A stretch of DNA of 64,000 nt from Octopus sinensis. Taxonomy: Eukaryota. This document shows, in pieces, positions 39,301-52,454 of this stretch. Where the stretch lies: contig NC_043001.1 of NCBI RefSeq assembly GCF_006345805.1, positions 75,578,001 to 75,642,000 of the forward strand. The letters run 5' to 3'. The position numbers and the translations under genes are program-made. The notes under the pieces are model-generated. The model was not told the origin of the DNA, did no database searches, and saw only the letters and a list, made by a program, of their open reading frames with translations. Position 1 is the stretch's first letter. Each line of letters starts with the position of its first letter.

Positions 39301-40036
39301 TATTATATATATATCACCGTGATCACCGTGTTCACCGTGACCGACCAGGCTATCAGATGTTGCTAAAATTTAATTTTAGAATTTATGAAGACTCATACTG
39401 CCGTTTAATCCCCGAAATGGAGAGCAGATGACCGACGACTGATGAAGGGCCCTTTCTTTGTGTATACTTGTCCTGGTTGCCATTTTTTCTCTCGTTGTTT
39501 ACATATTTCATGTTCTTTGCACAATTGTTGACGTCCTGTACCCATATATGTGTGTGTGTGTGTGTGTGTGTGTTGTGTTTGTGTGTGTGTGTTGAGTGTG
39601 TATGTGTGTGTGTGTGTGTCTATGTATGTATCTTTAATTAGAGAATACCTTAACCTCGTAAATGGATGGTTACGTCCAAGGAAATACTGGTATTGTCGGG
39701 GTATGAAATACGCTGAAAACAGTAGGCATATATTAAGGATATAGTTTATATACAGTTGAACGAAGAAAAGAAAATGGAGAGTTTGAAGTTAACAATCATT
39801 TATTATTAACAAATTGGTCATCTTAACTTCTTACAGCAGTTTCAGTTAATATTCAATAATTCAATTACAACTTTGTACATTACATTTGTATCTACATGAC
39901 ACGAGCATAATTTCATCAGAGAAAAAGATGTACCTTGAGATGTTGTATGCGGACCTATCGGTTCATTTCAGCTGAAATAAGTTATTTCCCCAAAAAGGCA
40001 TCTCTACTTATAGATATATATAACACAGACTATATC

Positions 40037-40169
<133 letters not shown>

Positions 40170-40338
40170 GTTATAGTCCACGTTATTCTGTACAAAACTC
40201 AATACGCTCGGTAAAGTGGTTAGATGTGTTCATTGTATCAAAATTTGGACCGTCTACGTATGTGATCCAGACTAAGGTGTTCTGCAACTTTTGGAATAAT
40301 ACGCATACACACATGCACATGTGTGTGTAGTTTTATTC

Positions 40339-40449
40339 ACATACATACATACATACATACATACATACAAACATACATACATACATACATACATACATAC
40401 ATACATACATACATACATACATACATACATACATACATACATACATACA
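40339..40449. repeat. (TACA)n microsatellite
   Basis: Read directly from the sequence. Confidence 0.97.
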
Positions 40450-41036
40450 TGACTGCAAACTCGTGTTCTAGTATTGTCACAGTCTGATCAAAACTTCCAC
40501 ATATGTAAAGGCTACGCCCAGCTATTTTTGTGATAGGTCTTACATATTTTTCAAGCGATGCGTTTGTATGATTATTTTATGTCAGGTTGCTCTTAGGTGA
40601 TACTGGTAACATGTAACACAGTACAACTTGTTTCATACTCGGGCTCGTCGGCGAATAAACTGACATCATCATCAAGCTTGCTTGGTGAGAACCTGTCAAA
40701 AGCCAGAAAAGCTCACGAGCAGTCAACGGCCATCTAATGTGTACATGTGTATGTATGAATGTATGTATGCGCGGGGACGTGGAAATACCTGGGTTGATTT
40801 CCAAGCGCGCGGTTGTCCTACTGAGAGTGGGAGACCCCCTGTTGTTGTCACAAAATCTCTCTAGGAAAGGAAAACTGAGAGAAAACGTGCGACACTAATA
40901 ATATTCAATGATGTAGACTGGGTTTTTTCGAGTCTATGTTGTCCATGTTCAGAGACTAGGATGATTCTATGTATGCATGATACATACATATAGACATACA
41001 TACATACATACAAACATACATACATACATACATACA

Positions 41037-41069
<33 letters not shown>

Positions 41070-41121
41070 GCATGCATGCGTGCATACATACATACATGCA
41101 TACATACATACATACATGCAT

Positions 41122-41358
41122 TCATACATAGCTCCCCTGTATGACCCTTCTGTCCGTCATTCGCCACGATAGATCGGTAGTCACTACACACATTTTTTTC
41201 TCTCCTTGTTTCTTTCTGTGTTCCTTTCTGTGGAAGAGTGTAGGCTCGAAACGTTAAAGACTTTTTCAATTCCCAAGCGTTATACTAATACATCTGTTTG
41301 TTTTCTACACCACCTGTCTTCGTCTTTTGCTTTTTTGTTTGTTTTGTGAATTCCCCCC
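41122..41358 (+). mobile_element. Short repeat with CUGUGGA hammerhead-like motif (41224-41259), embedded in (TACA)n
   Basis: cttt-CTGTGGA-A-GAGT-gtag-GCTC-GAAA-CG-TT-aaag; same family as 27195-27396. Confidence 0.8.
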
Positions 41359-42169
41359 ATACATACATACATACATATATATGATGTTCCGATTTAGCGT
41401 TTTAGTGCATATAGTTTCATATTTGTGAGTTTCCTCTTTTAATATTAGTTTGATGGCAGAGAATATTTATTGAAATCAATTTTAAATTCAAAAACAAATT
41501 TAATAGATTTCTCTAGTGAAGAACCTCGCACGACTTCAATAAAAATAAACCTCTTCTGACAAATGTATAATGATTATTGCAGTCACTAGAGAGGACTTTC
41601 CTGCGATGCTGGTTTATCTCTTCTGTTTATGATACGCATGAAGCCAATAACGTGCTCAGGAATACAAGGTTGGTAGCATAAAATCAATTATTACCGCGCA
41701 AGTATAGGTGTGTTAAATCTGATTACATAGAACAGAGATCAAATGCAATCCTCACTTCAAACAACACGCAGGTTTAGTGAAGATATTAATTGTGAATTTA
41801 TACGTGTGAAGTCGTTGGTAACAACAGAAGGGAAATGGCAGAAATTAATAAAATAAAAGCAGAAAATGAAATTATAAAATAGGGTTATAAATTCATGGGT
41901 ATGGGAAAATAACGATTTTCGAAAGATTACACCATGTCTTTGATAATATTGCTCCAGCCTGAGTCAAAAACAGTAGGCAAAATAATTCTTCGCTATAAAC
42001 GCCTGGTTATATTTGTATAGGAAATTGTAAAAATCAATGTTATATATGGAACATTGCACTTCAAAGGTGATATCAATATGTCATATAAGACCAATAAAAT
42101 GACAGGAAGGATTCATTAGTTGTGAATAGTATTTGCTGAGTAAATATCAGAGTGGAAGGAGATATGGAA

Positions 42170-42800
42170 ATGCGGCGTCGGATGGTGTGTAGAAACAGTG
42201 TTTGTATGCATAGATGTAGAGAGAGATGGTGAGTAGAAATTGCTGTTAAGATGTGCATGGAAAGAATGTTAAGGGGGTGTAGAAATAGTTTTAGATAGTG
42301 TATAGAATATAGAAATAATGTTAGGAGGTGTGTAAGAACAGTGTTAGACGGTGTGTGGAAATAGTGTTAGGAGTCTCTAGAAAGAGTGTTGAAAGGATAG
42401 AATTAGCTTTGTCGGGTGAGGGATGTAGAAATAGTGTTAGACTATGATAATTATGTTAAAAGGTGTATAGCGATAGTTTTAGATGGTGTGTAGAAATAGT
42501 GTTAGGGTTGTATACAAAGAGCGTTGTATGGATAGAAATAGGCTTGGTGAGGGTGTAGAATAGTGTTAGACAGTTTATAGACGATAGAAGTTATGTTAAA
42601 ATGTCTATAGCAATAGTGTTAGATGGTGCGTTGAAATAGTGTTGGTGAGAGTGTAGATTTAGCGTTAGATGGTGTGAAGGCGTTAGACAGTATATAGAGT
42701 TGATGCTAGGTGTGTGTAGAAATAGGTTAGGTAGTATATAGATATAGAGTGAGAAGGTGTGTATAGGTATAGAAATAATGTTAGGTGATGTGTAGAAGTA
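42170..42800. repeat. Degenerate minisatellite, unit about 22 bp (GATGGTGTGTAGAAATAGTGTTA-like)
   Basis: Repeated tgtagaaatagtgttag variants; the plus strand is strongly C-poor. Confidence 0.8.
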
Positions 42801-42883
42801 GAATTATATATTCTGTAATATATGTGCTGGTTTGTTACACAAAATGTTACATTTTCTATTAGCCAATATACAGTGTAAAGAGA

Positions 42884-42983
42884 TCTTCTTCTTCTTCTTC
42901 TTCTTCTTCTTCTTCTTCTTCTTCTTCTTCTTCTTCTTCTTCTTCTCCTCCTCCTCCTCCTCCTCCTCCTCCTCCTCCTCCTC
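42884..42983. repeat. (CTT)n-(CCT)n compound microsatellite
   Basis: Read directly from the sequence. Confidence 0.97.
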
Positions 42984-43769
42984 TATATCTTCAACACTTT
43001 GATTTCTTCATCTTGCTTTCCTTCGATTTTTCTTCTTTCCAAACTGTGCCAATTTACGTATTTGAGCTTCATTCTAGGCATTATGTAACAAGTAACTTCT
43101 AATATGTCTTTTCTTGCCCATACAGATATGAATTTAGAATTAGTTGAAACACTTTTGTGACATATTCTATTTTCTAACTGCAAAATCCATTGCGGTTGAC
43201 GTGGAGAAAAATTCTCTCTTCTATTAAGAGGTGTAAAAACACTATATCGGCTCAGTACTTTCCTCTAGAGGATTCCTTGATGTATGTTTCTGACTCTATA
43301 GCGTTTCTCAATGGTAAATACAGAAGAGAGGTAACCCTGAGCAGATTTAAACTGTAGCTTTAACTAAAAAAACAGTCGACGTCAGTGACTGAGTTGTGCT
43401 AGTGAACCATCTGATCGGAATAAAATCAGAAACATCAGTGCCACTCAGTGATTAAGAATAAATGAAGTTTATGTTTGTAACATATTTCGACTTCTGAAGG
43501 TCAATTCACTGCAGTTAAAAATTCTCTCCTATGGTTAAAAGTGTGAAAAATCCCCAAATCTGCTCAGTGCTTCCCTATAGCGCATTTGCAGACATGCGTT
43601 TTTGGTACTTTATACTTCCTTAAAGGGGAATGCCGAAGTGAGAAAACCCTGGGCAGATGCAATGCTGTAACTTTAGCTAAAAAGCAGTCAGCATTAGGTA
43701 TGCTCTGTAATGATACATACATACATACATACATACATACATACATAAAATAAAATAAATGCGCCCTTT

Positions 43770-44006
43770 TTAAGCCTAGCCAGGCTCATGGGCCCGTTTT
43801 TCCGGTTTCCATGGCGTATGTGTTTCCCAACTGGACGGGACTACAGTCCATTGCAGCGTTACTCATCTTTGCCAGCTGAGTGGACTGGAGCAACGTGAAA
43901 TGAAGTGTTTTGCTCAAGAACACAACGAGTCGCCCGATCGAGGAATTGAAACCACAATCTTACGACCATGGTCCTGACACCCTAACCACTAAACCACGCG
44001 CTTCCA
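43770..44006 (-). mobile_element. SINE S3 (V-domain-like), full length
   Basis: tRNA-like head gtggaagcgcgtggtttagtggttagggtg. Contains gctgcaatggactgtagtcccgtccag, which resembles the V-SINE domain. Confidence 0.85.
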
Positions 44007-44043
44007 CACATACATATAAATATATATATATATATATATGTAA

Positions 44044-44128
<85 letters not shown>

Positions 44129-44175
44129 TAGATGAAAGAATGGAGTCGAACGAAGATGTTAACAAAATTCCTTTA

Positions 44176-44257
44176 CTCTCGACATATGTTTCGAAGACAA
44201 CATGTTTTCATTCCGAAGGAATAAAGGGTGCATTATGCAATCTTCTCATCAGGAAAG
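44176..44257 (-). ncRNA. Hammerhead ribozyme, left arm of the palindrome
   Basis: Reverse complement of 44441-44522, with all core positions intact. Confidence 0.7.
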
Positions 44258-44440
44258 AAAGGGACCCTCTCTCGACAACAAGACAAACAAAAATTCGATG
44301 ACTGCCTACATGGTAAACAAAACGATAATGAGTGATTTTTAAAAAAACCTTTTTTTAAAAATCACTCATTATCGTTTTGTTTACCATGTAGGCAGTCATC
44401 GAAATTTTTGTTTGTCTTGTTGTCGAGAGAGGGTCCCTTT

Positions 44441-44522
44441 CTTTCCTGATGAGAAGATTGCATAATGCACCCTTTATTCCTTCGGGATGAAAACATGTTG
44501 TCTTCGAAACATATGTCGAGAG
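44441..44522 (+). ncRNA. Hammerhead ribozyme, right arm; predicted GUC cleavage after 44517
   Basis: CUUUC-CUGAUGA-GAAGA..43 nt..UCUUC-GAAA-C-AUAU-G-UC-GAGAG. Confidence 0.7.
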
Positions 44523-44720
44523 TAAAGGAATTTTGTTAACATCTTCCTTCGACTCCATTCTTTCATTTATTCATATACAACACACAAATTTCTACACATG
44601 AATCCGGAGTTTCTACCCTTGGACAGGTCGCTTCAACCGTGTTTCTGACGTGAATTTGCTACCCAGGTTTCGGTTAAACGAATTTTCCATGCTGACGATA
44701 AACATAGGATAATTCATTCA

Positions 44721-44792
<72 letters not shown>

Positions 44793-44873
44793 ATATTATA
44801 TATACAGACAGACAAATAGGCAGACAAACAGACAGACAAACAGACAGACAGACAGATATATATATACAGAGAG

Positions 44874-44940
<67 letters not shown>

Positions 44941-44961
44941 CAAATAGATAGATAGATAGAG

Positions 44962-45029
<68 letters not shown>

Positions 45030-45175
45030 GGATGGATGGATGGATAGATAGATGGATAAATAGATAGATGTGAATGGACTACTACATATATGTGTAAGTG
45101 CCTGTATGTGATTGTTTATTTGCATTTATGTTTGCATATCGTATGCATGCGCAATATGCATATACACCACTATCC

Positions 45176-45241
<66 letters not shown>

Positions 45242-45504
45242 CAGATGCGACGAAAGCATAAAAACTATTCTTCCTCTTCTTATCCTCCGTTTGGTAGTCC
45301 TCACTTGATATCAACATCTTTTGCTATTTTATTTCTATATTTGTTTATGGCAAGACATTGGTCTTCTGCAGCTACTAGCAGACCATCTGTTTCTGTTTTT
45401 ACTCCAGAGCTTTTGAGCGATTATTGGCTTTCATTCTGGCTTTGTTCCTTTGTATTGATCATTACAGTGTATTGGCTCTGTGGGATGGTTTTCGTCTCTG
45501 GTCT

Positions 45505-45575
<71 letters not shown>

Positions 45576-46003
45576 TATATATATTGCTTTCAATATATTT
45601 TGGAACTTTATTTTGATATTTTTTATTAGTTTTTCTAACATTTTCGCTTCTCTTGCTCCTCTATATTTTTTTACTTCTTTTAGTCTAGTGTCTCCTTACA
45701 TATAGAGAAAATATTACTTTTTTCATTTTTAATTTGTTACCATCATCGTCGTCGACGTCGTCGTCATCATCATCATCATCAACAATTGACTAGTTCGAAC
45801 ACGTTTCAAGACATTCTTCAAAAGAACGTCTGCTTGGAATAATTTTTTCTTCTATCCATACAGGTTACTGGCGAAAAATGAATTTTATTTTTAAGCAATA
45901 TTTATACATCTGTTTACATATATTAGAAAATGGTTACGAGAGATAGATGAAATACGCTTTTACAGAAGTATTTTGTAAAACCAAGAGAACTTAAGCAAAA
46001 AAC

Positions 46004-46072
<69 letters not shown>

Positions 46073-46711
46073 GCAATAAAAAATCGAAAAGAAATATTGT
46101 AGAAGCAACACATGCGCTTTACAAAAGGACATTAAAATTATTATGGACATTGAAAGTAGTATGAAATATTTTAGTAACATTTTTTGGCGACAACATCAAG
46201 GAAAGTCATTGATATACATTATGCCAAATGAAAATGTAGGAAATATTAAATATACAGTTTATAGCAATGAAAACATGCTTGCTAATATTGTTATTGACAG
46301 GCAGAATCTTAACAGGAAAATAATTTTGTCAGAAATGGGAGCATGATAGCAATGTTTTATGAATGAGTGTTTTATGAATGTCTGTCTGAGAGAAAAAGTG
46401 AAGGGCATTCAGTGTTTCCTAAAAAGTATAATTAAAGGATCTTTCTGACATATGGGGCAATCTGACAGTCACCAACTATTACTTGAAATGCAGCCGGGTC
46501 TGGCTGGTTTTCAAGACAAACAGTGAAACATGGACACAAATCAGACTGCTGTGCCAAATACCGGCCCTTGTGGTTATAACACAACACAAGCGCTATCTTA
46601 CTTTATTCATCACACTCAAAATATTGGCAGCGACATTGATACGTGGCCCGTTGTCATATTTGTAATACAAAACATCTAGTAGGTAAGATTAGAGCTGAAA
46701 CAAAAGTACAC

Positions 46712-46979
46712 ACAGTTCTATATTTAAGAGATGAGGAATTATGTACATTATTTACATTTGACGGATATTTATCTTCATCTTGTTTATTGTTAACAAAACG
46801 TTTTGGTTGATATACCCTCCAGCCTTCATCAGGTGTCTTCGGGAAATTTCGAACCTGAGTTCGAAATCCTAAGGTATTATTTCATGTTGTTGTTGTTATT
46901 ATTATTATTATTCAGGTGGAATCAAACTTGGAATCTTGGCGTTAGTAGCTCGCGCTCTTGACTACTACGCCATATGCCC
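46712..46979 (-). mobile_element. Second tRNA-head + (AAT)n + HHR-tail element; its HHR (46792-46837) has G12 changed to A
   Basis: Head gggcatatggcgtagtagtcaagagcgcgagctactaacgccaagattccaagtttgattcc. The tail aligns to 8593-8770. Confidence 0.8.
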
Positions 46980-46999
46980 GTAGATAATTATGGAGTGAA

Positions 47000-48155
47000 T
47001 TTTAGGGTTTATAAATCTGATATTTTCCTATCCTTCCTTAATACAGGTTCCCATATTGATATTTATTTCTGTTGCGATTAGTTCTGTGACGACCAGATTT
47101 ATGTTATTCTGATTATTGTCTTATTATCAACTTTAATTTTTAGGCGGTACAATAGGTGGTTCATACTGAATTCTGAGTATAATGAAGGAATTAAAAATTC
47201 CTTCATTAAACTCATTTTTAAAGTATCATAATCATAGTTTGCGCCTTCATTGTTTCCAGTCTTTAAGTTTATTCACATTCCTTCCTCTTTATATTTTTGA
47301 ATGTATTACTCTTGTTTGATGCATTTCGGTCACCATTATACATTCTGTGGAATTCAGTCTTTTATGTCTATCTTCGTGTTTTACACACTCAATACTTGTG
47401 TTATTAGGTATTGTTCTATGGGCACTGTTTGTGTTTAACTGGTGTAGTTTTCCTTTTTAAGTGCTGATTCAATTTCTGACATTCTTTGTTTGTTTTGAGA
47501 ATGAATCCCATTATATTGACTAGTTTGTTAGGGTTCATCGATATATCTTAATCTGGGTTATTTTTATTGTAGGTTTTACATGTATATGCTGTTGAGTTTT
47601 ACATTTATATGCTGTAAAATAAGCGTGTAGGAGAGAAATATATTCCACTGGTGTCCATTTCTGCGTTTTTGATTTTATTTGCGGGGCTTGAGGAATAACA
47701 GCCGGCCCTTTACTTTGATGGTCATCCTTTTCGGTCATCATTTCACGGTGTTAAAGGGTCTGCAGGTGTAATTTATGGTACTTTTTATGTAATAAGTTTA
47801 AAGTACACATTTCCTGTTGGTTCTTCTTAAACTAAATAATTCTGATATTATTCAATTTATTTTACATTTTTGTGTATGATGGTTGGGGAAGGAAACGGTC
47901 TGTTGTTGATTTCAATCGTAAAGTTGTGAGCGTGTTTACATGTGTTGTGCGAGTGCTGGAGGTGGTACACCATTCTATTTTGAAAATAAAAATAAATTTT
48001 AATGAGTATTACTTACTAGGGTATAGTCTAACACTTTGCCAGTTATTTTTAGGTTTCATTTGTTATTTTTATTCCCGATATTTTTGGATAGATTTCGGAG
48101 TAATATTTTATCGTTCTCACATGTTAAATATCCCCGTTGTTCTCTCTCTTCTAAT
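47000..48155 (-). mobile_element. R4/Dong-like LINE 5' remnant next to a (TAA)n tract
   Basis: KTQKWTPVEYISLLHAYF ... MNPNKLVNIMGFILK. (ATT)n at 48158-48237 adjoins the 5' side. The clade call is inference. Confidence 0.5.
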
Positions 48156-48157
48156 CA

Positions 48158-48217
<60 letters not shown>

Positions 48218-48264
48218 TATTATTATTATTATTATTAGTGAGTGAGTGAGTGAATGAGTGAGCG

Positions 48265-48953
48265 AGAGAGCAGCGCATGCCATCAATGTGACATGGGGTA
48301 CAATTATTTGAAGCCTAATATACCCATCATGACTACTTACTCATCTGATAAGTCTGCACCAGGCACATGCATCACAACCATAAATGCGTGACATGATGAT
48401 CTCATATCAAGATAAACAGCGCGTGACCTTGCAGGAGGGGCCTTGTTGGAATTTTCTTCAGGACGGGTAGCTCAATGAAAAGGTCCCTGAATAAGGATTG
48501 TTTAAGGATGTTGAACGAAACACCCATGTTTCCAGAGGTGAATTATTCAAACCTCAAATAATTCCTCTCAACTATGGCTATGATGGTCTCCGCACTACTT
48601 CTGCTCGAGACCAGCAAAGCACATGTAGTCAAGCACTAAGGGACATGCTCAACTGGTTAAAGTCAAGCAAATGACAAGCAAATCTGTGGTATTGAAGAGA
48701 ATATTTGGTGTAGTCCATTTTTTATGCTCTGATGCTTCCCCCACTACTTCTGCTCATGATCAGAGATGGACATATCGTCAGCCACTAAGGGACATGCTCA
48801 ACTGGTTAAGGTCAAGCAATTTTGTGGTATGAAGCAGAAAATTGTTATTGTAGCCCATCTTTTATACCAAACCAAAACATGTGCATGCTATAACTTCCAA
48901 TCTGTTAAGTTCAGAAACCATTAAAATCATTGTCTGGAACTGCATCAGGGCAT
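48265..48953 (+). repeat. Unclassified repeat (family of 2005-2473) with an internal duplication of about 135 bp
   Basis: 48592-48728 resembles 48741-48869. Confidence 0.85.
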
Positions 48954-48959
48954 TTAAGG

Positions 48960-49160
48960 TGTTGAGCTGACAGAATTGTTAGCATGCCAGGCCAAATGCT
49001 TACAGGCATTTTGTCTGTTCTTACTTTCTGTATTCAAATTCCGCCCAGTTCGACTTTGCCTTTCATCCCTTCGGGGTCGATAAACTAAGTACCAGTAACG
49101 CATTTAGGTTGATGTAATCGACTGGCTCCTTCCCCCGAATTTCAAACCTTGTGCCTATAA
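48960..49160 (+). mobile_element. SINE S2
   Basis: Head gagctgacagaattgttagc and core gcctttcatcccttcggggtcgataaactaagtaccag. Confidence 0.85.
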
Positions 49161-49647
49161 TAGAAATGATTATTATTATTGTTTTTGTTGTTGTTGTTGT
49201 TGTTGTTTTTGTTGAGATTAATACTATTATCATCCTTGCAGTGATCCATGCAGCGCTTCTGTGTTCACGATGTGATTCCAGAGGAGACAGATACTATGGT
49301 GAATGCGAACAGTCACCTCCTACTCCCTCGCCATGTCCTGAAAATAATGCTAATTTCTGTTCCATAGTCAGAGAAACAAACGATAATGGTAAGAGTTTTT
49401 CTGCTTCTATCTGTGTATTTATTTTTAAACTGTATAGTCTTATCAAATCTTTATTAGCGATAATATAAAATAGATTTAAGCCTGATCTAAATACTGTTTT
49501 GTTGTTGAAGTCCCCAAAGATATGATATGAAGAGTGATAACAATTAAACTAGTTGTCAATCATCATTCCAGTGGTGTACTTTGCACTTTTCCCCTGTGCA
49601 CACATACCGTTCAAAATAAATTAACAAATAACTAATCTTTAATAGAA

Positions 49648-49880
49648 GGCGCGTGCCTTAGTAGTTAGGGTGTTGCGCAATCGATCGCAAGACTGTGGTT
49701 TCTATTCCCAGACTGGGTGGTACATTGTGTTTTTGAGCAGTGAAAGCACTCTTCATTTCGCGTTGATCCAGTTCACTCAGCAGTAAATCAATAACTCCCC
49801 GAGAGGTTAGATTCCTGTATAAGGGGAAATCATCTATACGCCATGGAAACTGGGTATCCTAGCCTTTGAGTTCTAGAACT
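49648..49880 (+). mobile_element. SINE S3
   Basis: Head gaaggcgcgtgccttagtagttagggtg and the S3 body. Confidence 0.8.
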
Positions 49881-50904
49881 CAAGACAGTAGTGCTCAAGG
49901 ATTGATGATGAGGATAGTGATGAATCGCCAAATTCTTTAGAGATATCTTTACAGATTTATACAGTAGTATGCGCTGTTGGACTCTGTAGTATTTAATAGT
50001 ATCGATTTTGGTATTAGTGAGAAGATATTTATTAACTATGTCATCTATCTATGTTAGCTATTTGTTAACTATCCCGACAGTGGATAAACATCAAAGTAAC
50101 TGAATATATTAATAATCTCAGAGTACTATTAACTTCGTTTTACTGTTAAATGTACTTACGCAAACCAGTGTGAATCACACGGCTCGATAATGTCGTATAT
50201 GAGTACTTTAGTTATTTCTGATCGAATAAATGCTGTCAGGCGAAATAAATTTATGAGGTTTCGTAATTAAATGTTTAAATGTAGTGATAGATGAGAGAAA
50301 ATACTGAGTGGGTTAGATAAACTTAAATGTCAGATAGCAACCTAGTAATATTTGTAAGTTCTGTTGGGGACTATCTTCTCAAAAACAGATTCCCAAAACA
50401 AGGTCTGAAAAACAGCCAGGATATATATATGAAAACATAATCAGCCGTACGGGCGGTCTTGTAACATAATGTTTAGTTCACAGCATTTTTGATCGGAGCA
50501 TTTCATTTCACTGAAGCTACCAATATAAAATGTTTATAAATATCAGTCGAGAACTTTAGGTGAGGCAGAAGTGATACACGGAAAAAAACAATTTTCGGAA
50601 CAATCCGTCACAAAGAACACTTTTTCTTTTCGAAATTTTGTGAATTTCTAAGTCAATAATAGTTTGTTTTGTTTGTTGCTTTATATTGTAAAAGATATAA
50701 AAGTAATAGTTTATTTATTGCCCACAAGGAGCTAAACATAGATAGGACAAACAAAGGGATTAAGTCGATTACATCGACCCCAGTGCGTAACTGGTACTTA
50801 TTTAATCGACCCCGAAGGATGAAAGGCACACTATTACTGCTCTAAGTTTTAGAGTGTCTTCTTTTTCGGATATATGATACACTGACGATATATTTAAAAA
50901 TTAT

Positions 50905-51260
50905 TGTAAGCGGGAAAATGTTGTTTACAAGTGTAAGGTATATTCTGAATGTTGGTACTATGCAAAACTTTATTAAAAAACGTATTTCTAACCATATTTA
51001 CACCTTCAATAATAAAAATAGGTCTGCTTCCACTAGCCTTAGCAAATTTATTTGGAATTTAAAAGATACCAAATAACGCTTTTCCATAGAGTGGGAAATT
51101 ATAAGCAAGGCTACCGCTTATAAACCTGGAAAGTCTTTCTGCTTTCTTTGTTTAGAACCGTATTTGATTTGATTTTCTAGAAGATGTCTATTAAATATTA
51201 AGATGGAAATTGGATTTTCTTGTGCGCATGCATCAAAATGGACATTTAGGAACTATTATT
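50905..51260 (+). mobile_element. Penelope-like (Naiad-type) GIY-YIG endonuclease remnant
   Basis: CKRENVVYKCKV ... KKRISNHIYTFNNKNRSASTSLSKFIWNLKD../IEWEIISKATAYKPGKSFCFLCLEPYLI*..LLNIKMEI..SCAHASKW. Confidence 0.85.
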
Positions 51261-52279
51261 AGGTTTATAGTAATCATTGATAATTGCTTATTATAAAGAT
51301 ATTTACATTTAAATTTATATGTGTGTGTGTATGTATGTATATAATGTGTATGTGTGCATGTGTATGTATGTATATAGATAGTCTGTAGCTAAAATCTTGC
51401 AATATGTGAGTTTTGTTTGTGCTTACTTGATACGTATAGACCGTGTATTTGAGCAAACATTGATTAACGTAGCAGTTTTGGATGGAGTTCAATGGAGTTT
51501 GATAAGATATAAATTTTGTTAATCTGTAGTATTATTGATAGGCATATACTCGACGAATTGACATGTCTAGCTGCTCTCTCCTTAACAATTAATCTACAAG
51601 GTTCTCACCTCTTCACTACTTTTACCATTCTTTTTCTTTCGACAATGTCTATATTTTAACTATCACAAAACCATCAATGAACTTTTGTGTATTATACTGG
51701 CACGAGTAAGAATGTGTTGAACGTGTATATTTTTGTATATACGTGGTAATGGCGGTTTCTACGGAACGCTTGCATTAAGAAAAAAACAAACACTTGTGTG
51801 TTTGTCGTAGGTTAGCCTACACGTTGTTAAATAACGTCCTTTTAAAATTCTCCCAGAGGATATACGTAATTCACTGGTTTCGTATATGGAATTGTATTCG
51901 GGAAATTAATGAACTGTGTGTGGAAAAAGCTGTAGGTATAAATTTCTATGTATAAATTTGAATGTCTTTAAATAAAAACATCTGTAGGTAAGTTTTTATT
52001 CATTTTTTTTTTATTTTAAAAGGTTTATTTAAATATCTATACGTTTCGGTGATAAATTAATATACTTGGTTTTCTCTGAACGCTTGCATGAACCGGTGAA
52101 CTAGGATGCTCGCATCACTTAATGAACTTTAGTTCCTTGTCTGATTAAATGAAATATACACGTATATATATACATACATACATGCATACATACATATGGA
52201 TATGTATGTATATATATATATGCATATATGTATATATGTATACATATAAATATAAATATATATATATAAATATATATGT

Positions 52280-52316
<37 letters not shown>

Positions 52317-52454
52317 AATATAGACAGACCGAGAGAGAGAGCGAGAAAAATATTTATGTATGTATGCTGAATGCCAGAGTTATTTGAGGACATAGTTGGT
52401 TATTCAATTAAACAACAATAATGTAACAAAGACCAAATGTTAACTTTCGCATTA

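Larger units (their letters stand above)
44121..44576. mobile_element. 456-bp near-perfect palindrome (about 227-bp arms), Penelope-like pLTR-type
   Basis: Centre at cc 44348-44349. The outer ends match the repeat at 5600-5690. Confidence 0.9.

Noticed and set aside
39940-39990. Minus-strand 38-nt exon (ttatttcag|...|gtacat)
   Set aside because: Stops in all three frames and a weak donor.
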